33,017 nt of DNA, from NCBI GenBank assembly GCA_008369845.1, contig MRSU01003048.1, forward strand, positions 1 through 33,017, in the 5' to 3' direction. Position numbers and translations under genes: made by a program. This document shows positions 28,274 to 33,017 of the stretch, one piece after another. The stretch's first letter is position 1. Each line of letters starts with the position of its first letter. The stretch comes from Trichomonas gallinae (Eukaryota). Under the pieces are notes generated by a model, which did no database searches, was not told the origin of the DNA, and worked only from the letters and a program-made list of their open reading frames with translations.

Positions 28274-29056
28274 TTACATTTCAAGTACATAATCTCTGTA
28301 TGCTGTACCAGTACCACCAACATGAATGAACTGAGCTGGAAGGAGTTTGAGGATTTCTGGATCTTCAATTACAACGTTCATCTTTGTCATTGGGTGAATT
28401 ATAATACGGTGGTAATCTGATACTGTTGTCTGTGTTGTCTCCTTAGCCTGCTGCTTAAGTTCTTCGATGCAATCGACTGGGCCTGACAATGAGCCATAAA
28501 TAAATGGAGCAAATGCAACAGAGAGGGAGTAGATGACAGTCTCATGGGAAATAGCAGGTGGAACCTTCTGATATTCATCCCATGACTTCTTGAAGAGCTT
28601 GAGGATTGTCTTTGATTTGCGAACCACGATGAATTTATCTGGAATGTTAATCTTGAATGAAATTTCTACGTTGTCTGCTTTGATTTGTTTCTTTTTATGA
28701 TCTGGAACGAAAGAGTATAAGAAGGTGTAAAGCTTGCCATCGTTTTTATTGTAAGATTGAACGACAGATGTTCCAACAGCTGGGCCATCTTCTAAAGTAT
28801 CGCATTCTTGAACAACTTCAAGAACAGCTTTAATTTTGTTAGCTTCATCTGAACCTAATTTGCTAGCAAGAGTTGACGTGCACTCTTCAATTTGGTAATC
28901 GAGGAAATCATTTGCATTTTGAATCGGAAAAGTTGTTGTTTCGAGAGTGGTTGATGTGTAAAATGTGTTGAATCTGGAAATTTTGTCAGAGTACTCTGCC
29001 TTTCCCTTATCCATGGCACGCTTGATGCCAAGAACTATCAAAGAAGCTTTCGACAT
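28274..29056 (-). CDS. Hypothetical protein (260 aa)
   Basis: Intact ATG-initiated ORF with coding-like composition; no recognised domain. Confidence 0.8.
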   Translation of the reverse strand: MSKASLIVLGIKRAMDKGKAEYSDKISRFNTFYTSTTLETTTFPIQNANDFLDYQIEECTSTLASKLGSDEANKIKAVLEVVQECDTLEDGPAVGTSVVQSYNKNDGKLYTFLYSFVPDHKKKQIKADNVEISFKINIPDKFIVVRKSKTILKLFKKSWDEYQKVPPAISHETVIYSLSVAFAPFIYGSLSGPVDCIEELKQQAKETTQTTVSDYHRIIIHPMTKMNVVIEDPEILKLLPAQFIHVGGTGTAYRDYVLEM

Positions 29057-30037
29057 ATTATTGTCAAAACCTCCGTCAAAACCGCAAAATGTAAATTCAA
29101 AAAATTTCGAACATTTATTTAGAATATAATATTAATGCTGATTTTGAAAGCATGAAATCTTAGAAAAGTGACAACCACAACGATATCTTGGAGAATTTTT
29201 TTAGAAAAAAATATAAAGTTGTTAATCATAAACATGTAATATAATTGTAATTCCTCTACACATGCTGTTCCATTATATAAATTTGGAAAATATTGAATCT
29301 GATTATGAAAAAATAATGAATGAATAACCATTCAATTTTTACTTTCATTTTTTTCATCCATAGCATTTTTCTGCAGCATGATATACCTAAGAATGTGTGA
29401 ATTATCTAGACACATTGTAATGATGATAATACTCGATTTTGAGAAGAATCTAGGCTTTATATAAAAAACATTTTTCAAAAAATACAGAATTTCATTCTGT
29501 AAAGAAGTGTATCAATACTATTCAATATTTATTGTTATATTATAGAAGCTAATGAATAATAATTCAATATTGAAAGAAATCAATATTGTAAAAACTAGTT
29601 TTTATAGGTATGAGATGTGTTAACATAATATTTCTAACTTATATAATGATACTTAAACGGAACTAGATGTGAAAATAAGGTATAATTGATATTTATGTGT
29701 GATGTATAAATCAAATTAATGAAGTGATTGAATTATGAAGTCACAATTATGCAATACTTTGCTATGAATATATATGTGTGTTTTATGCTTGACATCATTA
29801 AAACTCGAACTAATCGCGCTTCATCTTTTTGAAAAGTGACAAATCGAGTCTTGAGGGCAATGTTTCCAATACATACCATCTATCTGCTAATACAACCAAA
29901 TAGACAATTTGTGCTTTTAGAAGAAAAACTTGAATATTGTTTGCGAAATGATGAAACAAAATGTGACATGAAAAGCGAAGATATTTAACATGTAAGAACA
30001 ATATTTTGACATGTAAAAGTAAGATCATTGTCAGAAG

Positions 30038-30073
30038 ATAAAAGTGACAATTATCGATGAATAAAAGTGACAA
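30038..30073 (+). promoter_or_regulatory. Duplicated ATAAAAGTGACAA (M2-like) motif upstream of the 411-aa gene
   Basis: Exact 13-bp copies at 30038 and 30061; the second ends 17 bp before the ATG at 30090. Confidence 0.65.
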
Positions 30074-30089
30074 ATAAAATTTTTCGCCG

Positions 30090-31325
30090 ATGTTCATTCT
30101 AAGGAAAATTATTGATCTTGAGAAGAAACCAGAGGCACAAGCCGTGTCACTTGACGATCCAAGACTCAATGAGATGCCTCGCGTTTCTGTTCAAAGCATA
30201 TTAAGCAATCAAAATATTACCAGGCAAATTCCTAAGCTTTCGACGTGGTTAGAATCACATAAAATTATCAATGATGCATTATACTTTCGATTTATTGACA
30301 ATAGAATGCTTCCAGGTGATATACAACTTCGCGATCAACTTATTCAGCTACAGATGTATTTAACACTCAAATTAGTAATGCAGTTCGAAAAATTTATCAA
30401 TGATGGAAGCAATGGTGTCAAATCTGAAGTACAGCATCCATGTCCAGAATTAAAGTCAATTTCTAGAATTCAAGACTTATGGAGACAGGTTTTAGCACTA
30501 GAAGCAAATATAGTTGAATTTAGAAAACTAATTTCTTCCAATTGTATCGAATACACAAGAAAATTAAAAGATTCTGTTGCTTATTGCGCTTCATTACTTG
30601 CATCCAAGGATGTTATTCCTCCATACTACATTCCGATCGTCGACTTTGCAAAATTAGACTTAAGTAATGATATGATCGCATCTCTCGATCAAAACAGCGT
30701 TGATTTCGTTACAAAACTTTCGCTCTGCGAAATCAAACAGAAGCAATACATTAACGCCATTCTATCGTTGAAATCAAAATATACTGAAACTCCAGAAAAT
30801 CCATTAATCAATCAGTTGAATATTTGTCTCGCAGCATCACCGGATCAGCAGCCTGCGTTATTCGAAGACTTTCTGCAATGTGTGCGTCCAAAACTTCGCC
30901 AAGTTAACGATTTTTACACAACACCAAATAAAGTTAATTACAAGAATCTTGTTAGAGGCTTAATAGAGAAGTTTTCACTTCCTCCTAAACATTGGAGCAC
31001 TATAAGGCGCCTTTGCGCTGAAGTTGCAGCACCACTTTGCGCACCGAATATTAAATTTAACGGAAATGGTTGCGAAAACAAAGAATTTATGGTGAAAGGA
31101 TTAGTAGCAGCATCAACATTAAGTCCATACTCTCTTCTTTCGATTCTTGGAGGTGAAGATGGAATTTCAACCATAGAAGGTCTTAAAGCATTAACTCCTA
31201 ACTGGAAAGACATAGTTAACTATACAGCAGACATGCTAGATACAGAGAGTTTGGACCATAATGATACAAATCTCCTCAACCAAATGCATTCTTACTCAGA
31301 AGCTCCTCTGATCATGTTTGATTAG
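30090..31325 (+). CDS. Hypothetical helical protein (411 aa)
   Basis: Intact ATG-initiated ORF preceded by promoter-like motifs; no recognised domain. Confidence 0.8.
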   Translation: MFILRKIIDLEKKPEAQAVSLDDPRLNEMPRVSVQSILSNQNITRQIPKLSTWLESHKIINDALYFRFIDNRMLPGDIQLRDQLIQLQMYLTLKLVMQFEKFINDGSNGVKSEVQHPCPELKSISRIQDLWRQVLALEANIVEFRKLISSNCIEYTRKLKDSVAYCASLLASKDVIPPYYIPIVDFAKLDLSNDMIASLDQNSVDFVTKLSLCEIKQKQYINAILSLKSKYTETPENPLINQLNICLAASPDQQPALFEDFLQCVRPKLRQVNDFYTTPNKVNYKNLVRGLIEKFSLPPKHWSTIRRLCAEVAAPLCAPNIKFNGNGCENKEFMVKGLVAASTLSPYSLLSILGGEDGISTIEGLKALTPNWKDIVNYTADMLDTESLDHNDTNLLNQMHSYSEAPLIMFD

Positions 31326-31534
31326 GCAAATATCATGTTTTTTTTATTTTCTTATTTTGTTATATATTAAAATCTATTTTATATCAAATTGGAAATTCTC
31401 AAAGTTTAATTCATCAATCAATATTTGTTATTGATTAATTTGCTATCATTTAATTCTATTTTCTTCGATTCTCATAATGACATATGATTTAGTGCATCCA
31501 TAATGAAAAATAAAATATCATATTAAAAAAAAAT

Positions 31535-32719
31535 TTAGACTAATTGATTTGTTATTTCATTTGTTTGAGAATCAAAACGTTTCCTGCTAGAATCCAAGAC
31601 ATAAACGAGGCCAACAATGACACAAATTAAAACGAAGCATGCGCCACCGATTGAAATGAGGATGGTTGACATTTTACTAAGCTTGGATTTCCTGTTGTCT
31701 TTGTCTTTATCATCATCATATTCATCATCGGGCAACACAGGTTCGTCCTTTGGTCCATATGGGAATTGCTGGTGTGCGTGCTTCAGGTCGAAAACGCCTC
31801 TCTTATGAGGAACGACGAATCTGACATTCTTCGGGAAGAAGAACTTTCTGTCTGTTGTGTTTTGGTCGACAAGTGACCAATTTAGTGTTGATATTGCATT
31901 TACTGGATAATCGCAATAGCTTTTAAGAATAATTGCACATGTAGAAAACAGACGATCTAAATCTCCACTGGGCTTCCATTCATCAGGATAAGAAAAGAAA
32001 TAACTATCCTTAGGAATTTTATCATAATGGAATTTGTGCTTTTTCTCGGAAAGTACAGTTAAGGTAGTATGTATTTCAAACGTGTTATTGTTTGATGTCT
32101 TTTTGGATATGGATAAAAAGTTTTCACTACTTTCATCAAACGTAGAAAAAATTGCTTTATAAGCTTGAGTTTCATTTTGATTATCATCAACTTCTTTTTG
32201 TATCCCTGACTGCTTCAACATTGTAAACTGAATCGTGCATTCTTCATTCTGGTTCTCGCATTGGATAAGGCTGATAGGAAGAAGGTCATCGTCATCTTTT
32301 ATTACTGGTTCAGGTTGATAGTGAGGTTCGGCGTACACTATTTCTGGAATCTCTGCTGTTTGAATAATGGGGTTCTTTGTTGTAACAGTTTCTGGGTACC
32401 AATCGATAGGTTTCCCTTTAGTAACATTCTTAGGAAATCTTGTTTTCGCGATGAAATTTTTGTCTGATGCCATTACTGCAGATCCTAATATACAAATTCT
32501 ACCATTCTTTGGTATTGTAACAGTCTTTATATTGTCATAGCCATCGAATTCTTCATCATATCTGTATGTCTCATCAATCATTATATCGATTTCAAATGTA
32601 GAAAAAAGATTTTTCTTATAGTCTGAGCATTCTTCGAAGACGATATCGTATCCTTCATGATAGTCTTGATCCAGCGGTGACCTATGCGCGTCTCCAAGTG
32701 TCGCGAGTTGTAATAACAT
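31535..32719 (-). CDS. Putative type I surface membrane protein
   Basis: Short leader MLLQLATLGDA (ATG at 32719), acidic juxtamembrane linker, TM ILISIGGACFVLICVIVGLVYVL and short cytoplasmic tail. Confidence 0.8.
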   Translation of the reverse strand: MLLQLATLGDAHRSPLDQDYHEGYDIVFEECSDYKKNLFSTFEIDIMIDETYRYDEEFDGYDNIKTVTIPKNGRICILGSAVMASDKNFIAKTRFPKNVTKGKPIDWYPETVTTKNPIIQTAEIPEIVYAEPHYQPEPVIKDDDDLLPISLIQCENQNEECTIQFTMLKQSGIQKEVDDNQNETQAYKAIFSTFDESSENFLSISKKTSNNNTFEIHTTLTVLSEKKHKFHYDKIPKDSYFFSYPDEWKPSGDLDRLFSTCAIILKSYCDYPVNAISTLNWSLVDQNTTDRKFFFPKNVRFVVPHKRGVFDLKHAHQQFPYGPKDEPVLPDDEYDDDKDKDNRKSKLSKMSTILISIGGACFVLICVIVGLVYVLDSSRKRFDSQTNEITNQLV

Positions 32720-32945
32720 TGTATTTTTAAATCTGCCTGACAAATGCTATGAATTTGCGTAACATTCAATTTTTTCTGAGAAACGGATCTGTAATTCACT
32801 CTTAAGACAATATCTGCTATAGCCGTCAACTAAAACGACAACTTATTTGTTATGTTAACTAATTTTAAAAGATTCCTTAATTAATTAACTGTTAAATTTG
32901 TATCAATCTTGAAAAACTGTTGTTCGTATTGAAGAAATTCATTAA

Positions 32946-33017
32946 GGCTCGACCGACATAGTTAGTGAGGGGGTGACACCAAAATGGATTTTTCATTCAT
33001 GGGTAGGGGGTCATGCA
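32946..33017. mobile_element. Probable terminus of a DNA transposon (Kolobok-like), truncated by the window end
   Basis: Abrupt switch to GC-richer sequence beginning GG immediately after TTAA (32942-32945). A TTAA target site with RR termini is the Kolobok signature. The other end is not visible. Confidence 0.35.

Overview
AT-rich, intron-free eukaryotic genomic window that reads as a parabasalid (Trichomonas-like) protist. This is inferred from TCA(T/C)(T/A) initiator elements just upstream of ATGs, repeated AAAGTGAC promoter motifs, and gene families typical of trichomonads (ankyrin, auxin-efflux-carrier, long coiled-coil). It carries about 15 intact single-exon genes: histidine acid phosphatase, two coiled-coil proteins, ankyrin-repeat protein, Ariadne-type RBR E3 ligase, a bacterial (Campylobacterota-like) pyruvate kinase, a Pr6Pr/AIG1-like membrane protein, a GT61/DUF563-like glycosyltransferase, a membrane-anchored PL11 rhamnogalacturonan lyase, UPF1, a helical-repeat-like protein, an AEC transporter, and three hypothetical proteins (one a type I membrane protein). 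There is also one probable pseudogene lacking its start. The most unusual non-coding feature is a degenerate tandem array upstream of UPF1 whose 167-bp period is held constant despite compensating internal indels. A 75-bp promoter duplication, several short repeats and a probable TTAA-flanked transposon end at the right edge are also present. Family calls come from motif recognition only; no database searches were run.
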